DNA of 64,000 bases from Dicyema japonicum (GCA_011109175.1 RDEW01000004.1:1903105-1967104), one strand, 5' to 3'. Positions 26,390 through 39,750 are shown, counted from the first letter of the stretch. Made by a program: numbers and translations. Notes: a model not told the origin generated them from the letters alone.

Positions 26390-27100
26390 AATTGATCCCC
26401 CATTCCCAACCCCCAAAGCACAATTCTTTTATCGTATGCGGATGGTCTAGTGGTTGCAGTTAAACATCGAAGAATCGAGGTGACACGGTCCGTGCAAGAT
26501 CTACTAAACCTGATGGGTCTTTGGTTCCAGAAAAACCGTCTGAGTATATCACCAGGAAAGTCACATGTAATGACGTTTACCTCAGCACGAAAAGAATTAC
26601 AAGCAACATCATGAATAACATTGTAGTCCTATTAAGAAGACCCTTTCACTCCTTGGAGTCATCCTGGATCCCATACTCACATTTACCCATCAAGTGGACC
26701 TAGTAACCGCATGGATCCAAAAAATTGGAATTTTCAAGGCTTTCACTTAATCTCCAATATCTTCCCGCCCATCGTTCTAGCTTCTATACAAACAATTTTT
26801 ATTATCGAGTACGCCTGTACTGCATGGATTGCCTCCTTATCAATATCGGTACAGAGCAAGCTGGAGGTTTTACAAAATCGATGTCTCAGGATTCTATTGA
26901 AATCGTCGAAAAAGACGTCCACCTCGTTATTGCGGAGAACACTAAACGTCCTCCCAATCATGGAATATCTTACGTCACCGGGACTTCCTCAAGATGGCAA
27001 AGTCCCCTGACCATCCCCTCGGACCGCACATCAGATTATATATGGACGTTTGCCCGAGATATGAGAAGAAACCTTCCATGCTGTGGAGATTAATCCAGGA
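26390..27100 (+). mobile_element. Jockey/I-like LINE fragment
   Basis: YADG near 26435 and IIEYACTAW...LEVLQNRCLRIL (ORF 26711-27010). Nucleotide-similar to 59600-59920. Confidence 0.7.
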
Positions 27101-27889
27101 CTCCAAAACTAACCGTGTATTATGGTCCTCAATTGTTGGTATATCATATATGAGCAAATTAAATAGAATCGGAAACATACAGGATCCCTGTGGGACTCTG
27201 TTATGAAGTAAGCGCTATATTCAATTTGTTCCATTAATTTGAACTCTACTTTCGAACAGAAAAAAATTTTCCAGTCATAGCCTTATGCTTAATTATGATT
27301 TGACTTGGAGATCTTTATGAGGATAGATATTATAAGCTTCCACTTCGACAATATCTTTGCTGCTTTTTCCATTGAAAAACTTTCCACTGCAAATCCGGAT
27401 AAACTTTCGTCCACTTACACAATTAAACCACTCCGCTTTTGAATAATTTTTTAACTCTGTAAAACACTTTAGTACACAAAAAGGTCTTTTGAGTCTCAAC
27501 ACAATCGGTTATGATTGCTTGAGAAACCAAAGATACTCTGTAAATGATGTACTTAATGATAAATCAGGTGAAATGTGAATGTGCTTTCTTCCTATGAGGT
27601 CCTACTAAGAGATCCTGAATTATTTAGAATAATCAATTTTTTTCAGGGAAGACTAAATGTAATCTTCACTAGTGTCTGTTAATTGTTATAGAAGCTAGTG
27701 GGGATGTTTGGCGTTCAGATCACCACATAGAACTAGATCTTTGAGTGCACATAGTACCTAGCTCCCTTTTTTTATAAAACAGTAATCACCGCTACCAAAG
27801 AAAAAACAATAATTATTCTATATGATCCCAGCCACCAGCAACAATCTTTTCACTATTACCTGGTATTAAGACAGCGATCCGGACTGCGT

Positions 27890-28260
27890 TCAGGTTTCTT
27901 TCACAAAGTCTATTCCAAACGCCTTAACAATTTCTTCGAAACATCTGGGTTCAACGTTCCTCGTTAAAGGATTCAGCATTTTCGTTGCTTTTGCTTGAAC
28001 ATTATAAATATTTAGCTTTATGAAAAAAAGGTTTGTCCCCAAAACAACACAAGCATAACACATTTCAGGTTCAATGTATTTCTTAAAGAACATAATCCGT
28101 TGAGACCTTTGAAAGTTCATAAAAGGGCCTTCATAAAATTGAACTTCTTCGCAGCAGTTGATATCACATTCTTGACATGCGGGGAAAAAGTTAAATGCAT
28201 ATCGAAGGTTACACCAAAGATATGTGGTTTTTTTCTGATGTTAAACAACTCCAATCCCAT
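27890..28260 (-). mobile_element. LINE RT-thumb fragment
   Basis: IFGVTFD..LTFSPHVK and YIEPEMCYACVVLG. Confidence 0.6.
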
Positions 28261-28400
28261 AACTCCAATTTTTATATTTAATAATATATAAAAATATTAA
28301 TTATAAACATTATTTTTAAATTTGAATATAAGCGGTAAAATTTTTATAAACTTTGTTGTCAATTTTCAGTATTATAAGTTCAAGCGATTTGGAAATTAAA

Positions 28401-28900
28401 ATGGCTTCCTGCTTTCTAATCAATGATTTTGCAAAGAAGTATTTGCAAGGTACTAGGATATTTTAATCTTATTAGAATTAAACTCGAATCCAAATTGTGT
28501 GGACGCTTTGATAGAATTTATTGATCAATGTCTCGAAAATGAGATAATTTCAAAAGTATTTATTTCAGAAGATTTGGGTATTATATCTAAGATTCTCAAC
28601 TTGACTTTTTGAAGTAAACTTGTGTCTTATAAGAGATGCCTGATGCTTATTAAGGTATCGGATTTTTAGCTTAAACTGTATATTAATCTTGAAAAACAGA
28701 CAGAGAAACTAAAAAATTTCGAACTAATCATCAAGAGAATAATTCTCATTTTAAAAAGTAAAAGCATCACAACATTGGTAGAAATTTGAAATCAAGTAAC
28801 AGGGAACACTCCATCGATGGTTGACACATGTAATTAATTCATCTTTATTACGACAATTCACATTTGGTTTGTCATTCTAGTATATATCTGGAAATTATGT
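28401..28900 (+). pseudogene. decayed helical-repeat-like gene, identity unknown
   Basis: ATG at 28401 and a frame-restoring 26-nt GT-AG intron (28450-28475) give MASCFLINDFAKKYLQELNSNPNCVDALIEFIDQCLENEIISKVF... The same frame continues but with scattered TGA/TAG/TAA stops. Confidence 0.4.
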
Positions 28901-31900
28901 ATTCTAATCAAATTTATAATGTTTCACATTTTGTTATGTTTTTATTTAAACTTATTATTCACAAATATTGGAGTAAACTTGCTTTTCTGTGCAACATCCC
29001 AAACAACTCAAAAATATACAAATTGGTTCTTATTTTTACTAAATTTCAGTTCGATTTAATTAATTCTCTCCTAACTGGATACGGTCATATTAGCATTCTG
29101 GATATTGTCGGTTATTTCCTTTGCTGTCTGCCAAAAGTAACACATGTCTGTATTCTTTAGACTCAGTTCTGCTGATGAGTTTACTAAACTAACTGCTGAC
29201 TTTATATATTATCTATCTCGAAATTCGATCTACTGCTTATCAGATTTTTTATGAATTCTTTAAAATCCTTCAAAGAGAGTGCAGTTGATTGTGACCTACT
29301 TTGTGACACGATTATTACAAAATTTTTGAGAATAAATTCACCGGAGCTATCGTTTTTGGTTATAAAGCAGCAACTAGTTCAATGTGTCTTCATTAATCTC
29401 AAATCAGGGTGAATGTTATATTTGAAATCTCATTCTTAGATTGATGATTCGTGGTTGTTTTTATTTTAAGTTTTAGTTTTGCTTCAAAATTCTCTCAGAC
29501 CTCGATTCTCTAAAAGTCAGAATTCATGAACCAAATTATCATCAATTTTCCATTGATTACTAATTCAAATGTAGCTTCCAAGAGCTACCAGTAATACTAT
29601 GAACAGTTGGTATCTATTACGAATATGATCTTGCTTTATAATCTTCATAAACATATATGTTTTTTCGATTTATGGTATTTTAGCTTTCCTTTAGGTTGAT
29701 TTATTTGACAATTTTTTGGTTAGAGTCAGCTCTCTTTCCTACTTACCAGAAATATGTTTATACTGTTTCTAAATCTTTGAGGAGGTATTATAGTTTGCTT
29801 GTTCGGCTGTTTTCATCATCTCCAATTATTTTAGAACTGAAAATGATTTTCTTCGGTAATCTTATGGAATTATTTAAGGAGAGAAATATAGGAAGATTTG
29901 TACTTACATGTGGTTAATTTTTTGTTTTTGATTATTCATAAAAACTCAAAAATGGAAGGTGTCTCTTATTAAGTTTTCGATATTTTGAGCTTTAGGAAGG
30001 GAATTTCTATTTTTTACAAATATCGACTTTACTTTGCGGTTTGTCGGGATCACTCACATCTAACGAAAAATGCTTGTTCTTTTTCAGTTCCATTATATTT
30101 TTGTATAATTTCTGCAAACCTAGATTTGACTCGATTTTCTGTCTTTGCTTGCAAAATATTCTGAATTATTTGTTTTTCAAAAATCTCCGCATTTCATTAA
30201 ATTACTAATCAAAGGAGTGGATGCAATCGTAGTCATTTCTCAGTAAGGGGAGTTAAAACTGAGTCGAATTGACTCTCATTGCGATTTCATAATTTTGTAG
30301 AAATTGTTTTTACGTCACAGAATGTCCGGGTTTTTGATGAAAGAAGATTGCAATGATTTAAGAAGACCCGAGGTACGCTCTGTCTATTACATTCTGAACT
30401 CTGGTGGACGGAATCGTATAATAAATATAATTGTCTCTAATGATCTTTCTATAAACTGTCATAAAATATGCGATGTTTTGTAATCTAAGGTATTTAATTA
30501 TAGAGGACCTTAACTGTAAAAAACTACACACCTAGTCCTAAGTTCGACGAGAAAAGGAAGCATTAAAGATGACTTCTATTTAACTGTAAAAAACTACACA
30601 CCTATTCCTAATCGGGAGGATTGTTTTTAACTAATTTTAGTATTAGTGTTTTGGATTTATAATTTTGATTTTGAATGTAATACAAAGTCAGCACTCTGGT
30701 TTTTGTGAGTATTCATTAACGCAGTTTTGGTGAGAGTAGGAAAACAGAAAAGTTTAGAAATTTTCCTATGCAATCACACTGTTGACTCGTATCTATGAAG
30801 ATAGTATTCCTTTATTAACATGAAGTTGCTGATTGAATGGAGAGGCACAAAAGCGATAATATTCGCCAAATGTTTGCTCGATGTCTTTAATTGTCGGCCT
30901 TGTTGATTTTTCCTTAGTTTTGTTCCTAGAGGCAGATTGGATTCTACGTGTGAGAAATTCATAAAGACGAAAGAAATTTAATCAATGAAGATTCCTTTAG
31001 AAATGATTTAATCTTAATGGTTACTATTTTTAGGCCTCTGAGACCAAGTTTCTAGCGCGAATGCGGCAGATTGGATTCTACGTGTGAGAAATTCATAAAG
31101 ACGAAAGAAATTTAATCAATGAAGATTCCTTTAGAAATGATTTAATCTTAATGGTTACTATTTTTAGGCCTCTGAGACCAAGTTTCTAGCGTGAATACGA
31201 TTTATGGTAGAATTTCACAGCCTTTATTCTGTAAGAACCTCTGTGGTGGGCCGGCATTGTTTTTGATAAGAATACACAAATGGTGAAAGATCACGTTCTT
31301 TGGTCTCTATTTCTGCAAAATATCAGGAGAGTATGCCTCCCATCATTGACTCCCATGTATAATTTGATTGATGAAGTAGTTATTGCATTTTGTGGAATCC
31401 TGTTGATGATTCACTCGTCTACCTTTTATTTTCTTATAATTACTGATAACGCACAGCTTCCACTATTGACTCCCATGTATAATTTGATTGATGAAGTAGT
31501 TATTGCATTTTGTGGAATCCTGTTGATGATTCACTCGTCTACCTTTTATTTTCTTATAATTACGATAACGCACAGCGACAACGTAGGACTGGATTAGAAA
31601 ATGGACGTGTTTTCTTTCCATCAAGATAACTTACTACAATGAGCGACAATTGGTGGATATTTAAGTCCTCAATTCTGATGATCTAATTCTCAACTACCTC
31701 CATATTGCTGCCATTAATTCTCCCAAATCTGTGGGTAAAACAGTAATCTGATTTTTCTTCACATAATGTATTTTCAGCCACAAAGACGACTTGTCCACTA
31801 TTTTGCTTATTTAGTTCTGAATGATATCTTTTAAACCCCTCGGGGACCAAGATAACGAAGAATTGATTAGGGACGTCCTAAATTTTCTACATGTCGTGTC

Positions 31901-33329
31901 ATATACATTTCCAGCTGCTAATGATCCTCGAAGGTTGAAAGTCTGTCTATTTAGACAAATTACATTACATCATACTGAACGTGGACACGATCAATGTCGG
32001 CATGTTTAATGACGCAGTGAATAGGGTACAATGTGATTTTATCACAATATGAGCTCATTGTTTGAACGAAGAAGGCATCTCTTAAGAATTATTGATGATG
32101 AGCAGAAAACTTCTGTTATTCTACAAATGACACGTTTTCTGAGATGAGAAGGAAGATTCGATGAAACATTGAGCCGTTTACAAACATTTTCTGAGTGGAC
32201 TCTGTCTTCTGTTTATGAGAAGTCCAAGATTTCAGGGCGATATATAAGGTTTTCATTTTTTATTAAAGACTGACCGAGGGCGAATGATGAAAATTCTATA
32301 TGATTTTTTGACTTTCTGAAAGTCCCTCACTGATTCATTAACAAATATAGAAGCTGTATCTAAATTGGGCCAGTGTTCAGCCGAGTCATCTTCCCCAGTT
32401 GAAGAAATCATCTAGGCCATCGAAACATTTATAAGATTACGAAAAGGTTCACTTCCAGTTGGCCAAATACTACGGTCTATTGTCTTGTGAGGAAGATATT
32501 GAAGATTTTAAATCGTTGCCGTATAATTTATGGACACTGTAACGAGGCAATTGTAATGTTTGCTACTTCCATGCGGTATGGAAGTAAATGAATCTATGCA
32601 GACAATGATCTTCTTTTTTTTCTGAAAATTCTTGATCTTCCCAATAAGATAAAATGAGAACTAATGTGCAGAAACTGGAATTCTTTTTAATTTATCTTCC
32701 ACATATTAATTCATGGTTGTGCTTTCTTAGTTCACCAAAAAAATTTGTCATACCAATAACAAAATCTTTAAATTTTGTATATATGGTTGTTACTCAAATA
32801 GAATATTCTGGTCAAACTGCTGCATTCCTACCCATAACAGAATCTGGGGGATGGTCACCATTTCAGAGGTAGTCTTTATTGTCATTCAGTCCTCTGTTCC
32901 AATGAGAGTTGAAACATGTCGACAAATATTCAGTCTTGTCAGGTAGACAATTCAATAATTCTTATGGGGGATAAAAGTCTGAGGAAACTACTGTTCAGGT
33001 TATTTTCTTTTCCAACCTCAGACTCTACCAGTCTTCTTCACCAAGGAAAACTTTTGGTCCTTCTCAGTCTTTTCGACAAATATTTACCCACGTGGGTTAC
33101 AAATAGTCGTTATATGTGCCAAATTATGCTCCCATTCCAATTGCAAATGACTTCTAATATTCCTGAGGTTCCTTTACATGTTCGATATACCTCTTAACAA
33201 ATACATATAAAAGGGTTCAATGATAACATTGAGGTACTACCCTCTTAGCAGAAACCAAAAAAGCTATGTTTGTTGTACAGTGATAAGATAACACGTTTTA
33301 AATGTACAAACCAAAAGTATGGATTTGAT

Positions 33330-34372
33330 TATTATTATTGAGGACGATTTCTGGAAGGATAGCAGAATGATCATTTTTTTACGTTTGTTAACTTCTTTCT
33401 TAGAAACAACCTGAAGAGCAAACAACGGAATCTTTCATAGAACAAAAGTTACACCTTTTTTTGACTTCAAGTTGTGATCCCCCTCAATGAGGAGTGTGGG
33501 CTTATTGAATGGGTTTATAATACTCATAGTTTCTGAATCACTTTGTCTGATATTTACAAAGATCGTGGAATGTTCGTTTCTCTTTAGATTCTGAGGAAAG
33601 TTGCCCCGTCGATTACTGTTTCAATGGAGGACGGTATTGTGGACTATTCGAATTATTTCCGTCTTTATATTACCACTAACATGCGTAATCCCCCTATTTA
33701 CCTGAAACGTCTGTAAAAGTGACTTCTAAACTGTATGATGACGTCTGAAGGGGTGGAGGATCAACTCCTGGAAACATACTGCTCTGATCATCCAAACAGC
33801 TGTAAATAAGCAGTAGAATGCTAACTAATTGGTAGACAATATAATACTGGAAATTTTATTTTCTTACAAAAGAAATATTTTGGAACAAGAATCCTCAACC
33901 TTTTTGCTGTCGCGTACGGGGGTAGATTTCCAGCCGTTGTTGAGGATCACAACAAGGGTCACAAGAAAATTTTAAATTTTAAGATCATAGGAGAACTGAC
34001 AGTCAAGTAAAATTAATGCGTAATTTTGCATAGACTTCACATTTGGAAAAATTTCAAGACGAATGAAAGGATCTTTCACTATTAAGAAGGGCTATGGTCG
34101 GTCCTTAGATGCATCAGACCTGACAAGATGTCGGCGGCCATTCATGCTTTTGTTGCATCGAACATTGGTTGTTTTAAATATGTTGAGTCTTCACCACTTG
34201 ATTTGCACGTGACACTCGCAGTACTTTCCAAAGACTTTAATCTCCAAAATATTAATTAGAATTTCGCCTTTTGCTTACAAGCTACCTGAGCAAGGCTTTC
34301 CCCGATTCAGTGTTACAGAATGGAGTGAAAATGACTAATGGATTTCCTTCAGAACTTCGATGCAACCTTCAA
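33330..34372 (+). pseudogene. DNAH-like: axonemal dynein heavy chain fragment (AAA5-AAA6 region) with frameshifts and internal deletions
   Basis: DGIVDYSNYFRLYITTNMRNP..YLPETSVKVT..EGVEDQLL (33627-33770), LRCIRPDKMSAAIHAFV (34104-34160) and EFRLLLTSYLSKAFPDSVLQNGVKMTNGFPSELRCNL (34259-34372). Confidence 0.85.
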
Positions 34373-34765
34373 ATATCATACCAATTTGATTCCATCAATG
34401 ATATGGATTTTTTCGACGATGCCAAGTAATCTGTAATTGTCTAGTAATTTGACATAAATATTGGAGGAAATTGTTGTTTTTATGTGCTTCTTTAATGCAC
34501 TGATTAAGGAACGAAGAATATTTGGACCTTTGGGATGGAATATTCCATACGAATTAATAAGACTGATTTGAGAATCAGCGTGAGACAGCGTACAATGTAT
34601 CTTAATGGACATACAAATAAGTCCCTGAGATACATATCAGGTGAATGTAATTATTAGGGCTATTTTGATAGCAGTTATAATCTAAAATATAGCACTAAAA
34701 CAATTTAGCATTTATAAACAATTTATTAAAAATATATTTTATTATTTTTACAGCATTTATAACTC

Positions 34766-34960
34766 ATGCGACATGGTTCACTTACTCTGGTGGCGCCAGA
34801 TATAATCCTAAATTATATCCAAAAAGGACCATTAGTAAACAACCATCTAGAGGATTTCCCCCCGGACGACATTTCCTTCATGGCTAAGCATGCGAAGACT
34901 GCTGATGGTGGCCGAGATCACCTGATTTTTTCTTTCTGGTTCAATAAATTTAAAAATAAG
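34766..34960 (+). repeat. SINE-like family copy (core + tail B)
   Basis: Aligns with 21890-22095. TCTGGTGGCGCC at 34786-34797; tail GAAGACTGCTGATGGTGGCCGAGATCACCTGA. Confidence 0.7.
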
Positions 34961-35289
34961 AATGAGGCATATCTGAGTTACCTCTGATATCTCACACAAA
35001 TGCTGACATAAACAAAGATCAAGTAGAAATCACTTCACTTTGATAATATTTTTAAGACATAGGTTAATTTGGAAATTTATCTCAGAAAAATTGTGAAGAA
35101 AATTTCGTGAATGAAGTGAGATTGGATATTCTACAAAAATTCCTCTCAGCTTTTGACATTCATGACTATTGATAAGATATCCAATTTCCTAATACAAAAT
35201 CATGAACACTGTTTTAGTGCAAGAAATCGACTGTACATTTAGTATTTGAATAAGGTACTTAACACTAATGCAGCAGGAGCAAGATTTCT

Positions 35290-36800
35290 AATGGCCTCCA
35301 TTATCAAAAGTATTCTCTTTATCAAGGACGACTCGAAAATCCTTCAATTCATTCATATTCTTAAAGTGAAGAACAAATTCTACTGAACCTGAAATCTGCG
35401 AGCATTGATTAGTCATTTTCAGTCAACGTCCGAACTGATTTGCAGAAGAAAGAAACTAATCGTCATTGAAAGAAGAAAGAAACACAAACCTTCACTTACT
35501 ACATCTCCAAAGCGCTGGAATGCATCCAAGATCTCAAAATCATTCACATGGACCTTAAATTGTGGAATGTCTTTTAAAAGGAAACATGCAAATCAAATTA
35601 GGAGACTTTAGAATATCTACAAAACCAACTAATGGACTCTTCAAGAGGTACTGGTCTGATTTATTATAGCTCGGTTTGTGGTACCTCGAATTATATTGCT
35701 CCTGAGGTTCTGAAGATTTTGGATCACAGTTATAAGGAGGACTCGTGGACACTCGGCTATATGCTGTAAGTCTTCGAGTTAATCAAATATACGATGTTTG
35801 TCGTTAGGATTCCCTTTAGAATCGATCGTATTGAGGATACTTATGATCGTATAGAGAGGAATAAATTTGCTGTCCCCACATCGAATTTGACCGCCAAGAC
35901 CCTGATTTTAAACTGCCTCGAGTTTGACCAGTCAAAGCGATACAATGTGGACTAGATTTTGATGTCTTCTTTTCTGGCGTGTACTTAAAAGCTTTGATCT
36001 TTAAGATATTCTCCAACTGAACTCCCAATGAGCTGTCTGACGACTCTCCCTCATTTTGATAGAGACAACGTGGTATTCAATTTCATATGAAGTTTGTCAT
36101 GATTTAAAGAAATGGTGGGTTTTGGAGGAATTTTAGAAATAATAGGGCATGTGGATTTTGAGAAGTGCTGTGAAACTCCAGATCTCCTAACCAAGCTGAA
36201 AAAGCAGCTGATGGTCTTCTTTGTGCCATTAATCTGAATAATCTGACTACTGAAAGTACTGATGACTGCATAATATTAAAGAGGAGACTGAGGACCTATC
36301 ATGTTTTCCTGTTTACTTTGTGACCAAGTGGATGGATTATTCCAAGATGTATGGTTTCTCCTACGCACTCTCAAGTGGCAGTATAGGATCATCTTCATGG
36401 ACGGTACCCACATGATCAGACATTCCGACCACGTGTTCACTTGTCCCTTATTTAAAGCACTGTTCAGTACTTTGATCTTCAAAGAGTGAAATGTTCTTTG
36501 ATATTAACACATGGTGAGCTTATTAAAGCACTGTATTGGCTACATGAACATTAAACTGGCCTAGGTATGGCGTTACGGTTATTTAGACGGGGATTGGGAT
36601 TATTACGGAAAGAATATTTTAAGGTTTGCGGATAGCACATATCAGAGATTTGTTCAGGACAGATTCGTATTCGGCATTTTTACTGTTGAATGTGATTTTG
36701 CATATTGATTTTTTTGCATTGCACGAGAAAATGATGCTCTGTCCCCATTTGAAGGGAGTAACTTTTATCAATTAAATGAAGGAGGCCCATTCTTATAGAT
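35290..36800 (+). pseudogene. PLK1-like: Polo-like kinase unprocessed pseudogene
   Basis: IIHMDLKLWNVF-(frameshift)-MQIKLGDFRISTK, VCGTSNYIAPEVL, DSWTLGYML|YTMF, polo-box FVTKWMDYSKMYGFSYALS..IFMDGTHMI and a second polo-box-like LRFADSTYQRFVQD. 22-nt intron at 35648-35669. In-frame stops present; HRD has become HMD and DFG has become DFR. Confidence 0.85.
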
Positions 36801-36909
36801 TCTAACTTATTTCCAAGAATGGATGTCCCAAGAGGCTATTGGGTTTGTTATATGAGGCAGTTAATGTCGTAGAGTGAATACAGTCTTCAGAGAAAAAAAC
36901 AGTCTAGAG

Positions 36910-38330
36910 CAGAGGTTCCCAACTTGGGTTCCGCGAAGTTCCAAAAATTTTTTTAATTTTTATTTCAAAAGAATAATTTTTCAAAACGAATTGATTTAAT
37001 TTGCCCGTGTCTAAATGAAGTCTTGTGACAGTGCATATTTTAAAGTTCGATCTTATCGAGAAAGTTATATTGCTTTTGGTTTCACATGGACTGGAAACAT
37101 GGATTGTCCTCTCCCACTTTGTGTTGTTTGCGGCGAAAAATTTGCGAATAGTTATATTGCTTCAACGAAGCTCAGACGTTATTTCTCAACCAAATACCCG
37201 GAACTTTCAAAGAAAAAAATAATATTTTATGCGGAAATTGGACCACAATAAAGTTCAAGCATCCTGTTTCACAAAAAATTAAAAATAAACGAAAAAGTAC
37301 TGCATGCTAGTTATGCTGTTACTGAGATTACCGCTAGAAATATGAAATCCCATACTCTCGCCGAAACTGTTGTTTTGTCTGCATGTAAAGAAGTAGTGAA
37401 GACAATTTTCGGAGAAATTGCTGCCGCTGAGCGCGACTTAATTCCATTTCTAATAATTCTGTGAGCAGACGCATCAAGGATATGTCTGATAACATTGAAA
37501 CTTACTTTGGTTCGGCGAATAAAAAATCTAAATTTTTTGCGCTTCAAGTGGATGAAAGCTAAGATATCACAGAAAGAATACAACTCCTTGTTTTCGTTCG
37601 ATATATGAACGATCAATTTATTGTTGAAGATTTTCTTTGCTGCAAAGAGTTTCTCGGAACAACAAAGGGATATGACATTTTCAATCTTATAAATTCATAT
37701 TTTGAGGATACAAAGTTGGATTGGAATGCATGTGTGGGTATTTGCACTGATGGTGCTCTAGCAATGACTGGGCAATTTAAAGGCTTTGTTTCTTTAAAAA
37801 AAAAAGAATCCAAACATTAATCACTAATTTTCCACCCAATCAGCTGAACTCAATGATTGGATGAGGAATCCTTTTGCTGAGTACGAAATAAATGGAAACG
37901 AGCTATCATTAAAAGAGGAAAAACTTGCGTTTGTTTCAAGCGACAGAACGTTAAAAATGGAATATTTACAGGTTGATATTGATTCGTTTTGGCTGATTGT
38001 CAAAAAAGAATATCCTATTCTGGTAAACAAAGAGTTTTGGTCCAGTTTTCAACGACTTATCTCTGTGAAAGTAAATTTCCTGCATTAACAAATATAAAGC
38101 ATAAAAAACGAGCGAACCTACTGTATGTAGAAGACCTATGTTTATCTCTGTCAAGGACATATTACAGAGCTATGCAAGAGACACCAGCCTCAACCATCTC
38201 ACTATCGAACTAGCATTTTATTTTTTATATTAGTAAAATACTGATAGTTGTTAAAAACTATATAGGGGTTCCGTATAAAATGAAAAATGTCGATAGGGTT
38301 CCGTGTTCTCAAAAAAGTTGGGAACCACTG
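36910..38330 (+). mobile_element. Buster/Charlie-type hAT transposon (ZBED5-like), internally deleted
   Basis: 16-bp TIRs CAGAGGTTCCCAACTT / AAGTTGGGAACCACTG and an 8-bp TSD GTCTAGAG (36902-36909 and 38331-38338). YRESYIAFGFTW...PLCVVCGEK, FALQVDES, CVGICTDGALAMTG and FSTTYLCESKF. Confidence 0.95.
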
Positions 38331-38339
38331 GTCTAGAGT

Positions 38340-38760
38340 AAAGTACAATCTTCAGATATCCCCATAAAGTTAATAAAGACTGATAGATTGATCAAAGTGG
38401 ACTTGTCTACTTTGAATCCTTGTTTCATGTCTGGACAAAAGTCTGGTTTTTTTAGAGAACCAGCTTCTCCTGAATTCTTGACATGGAATAGATTAACGAT
38501 ATATGTTTTTCCTGGTTTCAGAGTTGGGCGAAGGTGGGCAAGTTTCAACGAAGACAGGATAATGTTTTTATTAATTGAATGGTTGTATATCCTCGCAAAT
38601 TCTGCTATTCCATGATTACCAAGATTTTTTGCCGCGCCCATTAGAGTGGGTTATTTTTCTCTGAGAGATAATAGAGATATGGCCTTGTGGGATATTTTTA
38701 CGTAATATTTTATAAGATTATTCAGGACATTTCAGCATGAAACATCCCAAATGGTTTTAC
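38340..38760 (-). mobile_element. Jockey-like LINE RT relic
   Basis: ORF 38333-38641: KNLGNHGIAEFARIYNHS...LKPGK...QGFKVDKST. Confidence 0.6.
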
Positions 38761-38799
38761 AAACTTCTTTGGTGAATCTATTTTGATTCAAAAACGAGA

Positions 38800-39750
38800 G
38801 TACATACAGCAATTTTGGTTACTGGGATTTGAACTCCCTGGTTACTATATCGTTGTTCAATTCCCTCAGTCGGAGGTTTTCCTCAGTAGTTAACCAGTCA
38901 GACATGAGTCGATTTCTTTAACAATTGTCATCCTGCCATAACCCATTACATAGTTAGGGTGGTGTTAAGGTATGGATGGCATCCAGATAGTGCTAGGGGT
39001 ACAACCATGCAGTAAAATTTCTGCAAGAGGTTGTCAATAAATGCAAGGTAATGTTGTAGTCGAAGCGGAGTGGAAACTTTTTCCCGGTCGAGATTTCTTT
39101 TTTGTTGCCACTTCATGAGTTTTAAGTGACTGACCAAGTCGATATCGCAGACAAATCGGGAGAGCAAGTTGGTTTATCTCTCTAAAGGGGTTCTCGTATG
39201 TTTTGACGAATTATTCATGACCGTAAAAGACCTCAAATTTTGGATGGTTGGCTAACCAGCCATAAGGGTACGTAGCGTAAATATCTCTACCAATAATCAC
39301 ATGTTTAAAGGAAGACAAAGTGGATTAATCGTGCATAGTATACTGCATCGGACAAAAACAAGGAGGGGGTACATAAATATTCAAAGGGTAATTTTTCAAT
39401 TTCTTTCAAGTGATATCGCAGTAATTTCGACATCAGCGTCGTCCCCCAAAAGAATCTTCATCTTAGAATTGATGTAGCTCCGTTTATTCAGAATTAACTG
39501 TATCTGAAAATAGTGGAATATGTCAGATTGAAGGATGTGTCGTCTTTTGAATCAATCCGATTTAAATCTTCAGTTCTATCAGAAGAGAACATTAATTTTA
39601 CCTCTTATCTCATTGATGTCTAACTTTAGCAATATGCTTCTCCTCTTGCGGTTGACTGAGGGTTCCTTCTGGATAGTTGAGGACGAAAGTGTACCAGGGA
39701 GAATATCCTCAGAAGTAAATGGTAGATGACCCTCCTTGAGGGAACATTAT
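38800..39750 (-). mobile_element. possible Penelope-like RT relic
   Basis: YINSKMKILLGDD and downstream RT-like wording on the minus strand; decayed. Confidence 0.35.

Noticed and set aside
31215-31400. NIPA Mg-transporter fragment (EPLWWAGIV)
   Set aside because: A single short motif; the downstream sequence does not continue the family pattern.
30931-31575. CRISPR-like or satellite array
   Set aside because: Only two-copy tandem duplications, with no repeat-spacer structure, in a eukaryotic context.
32350-33100. WD40/Cdc20-like or further dynein sequence
   Set aside because: Motif resemblances were weak and conflicted between strands.
23600-36800. Stop-codon reassignment (ciliate-type code) explaining long frames with scattered stops
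   Set aside because: All three stop types and frameshifts occur, and the intact genes end in TAG/TAA with no internal stops. Pseudogenisation is simpler.
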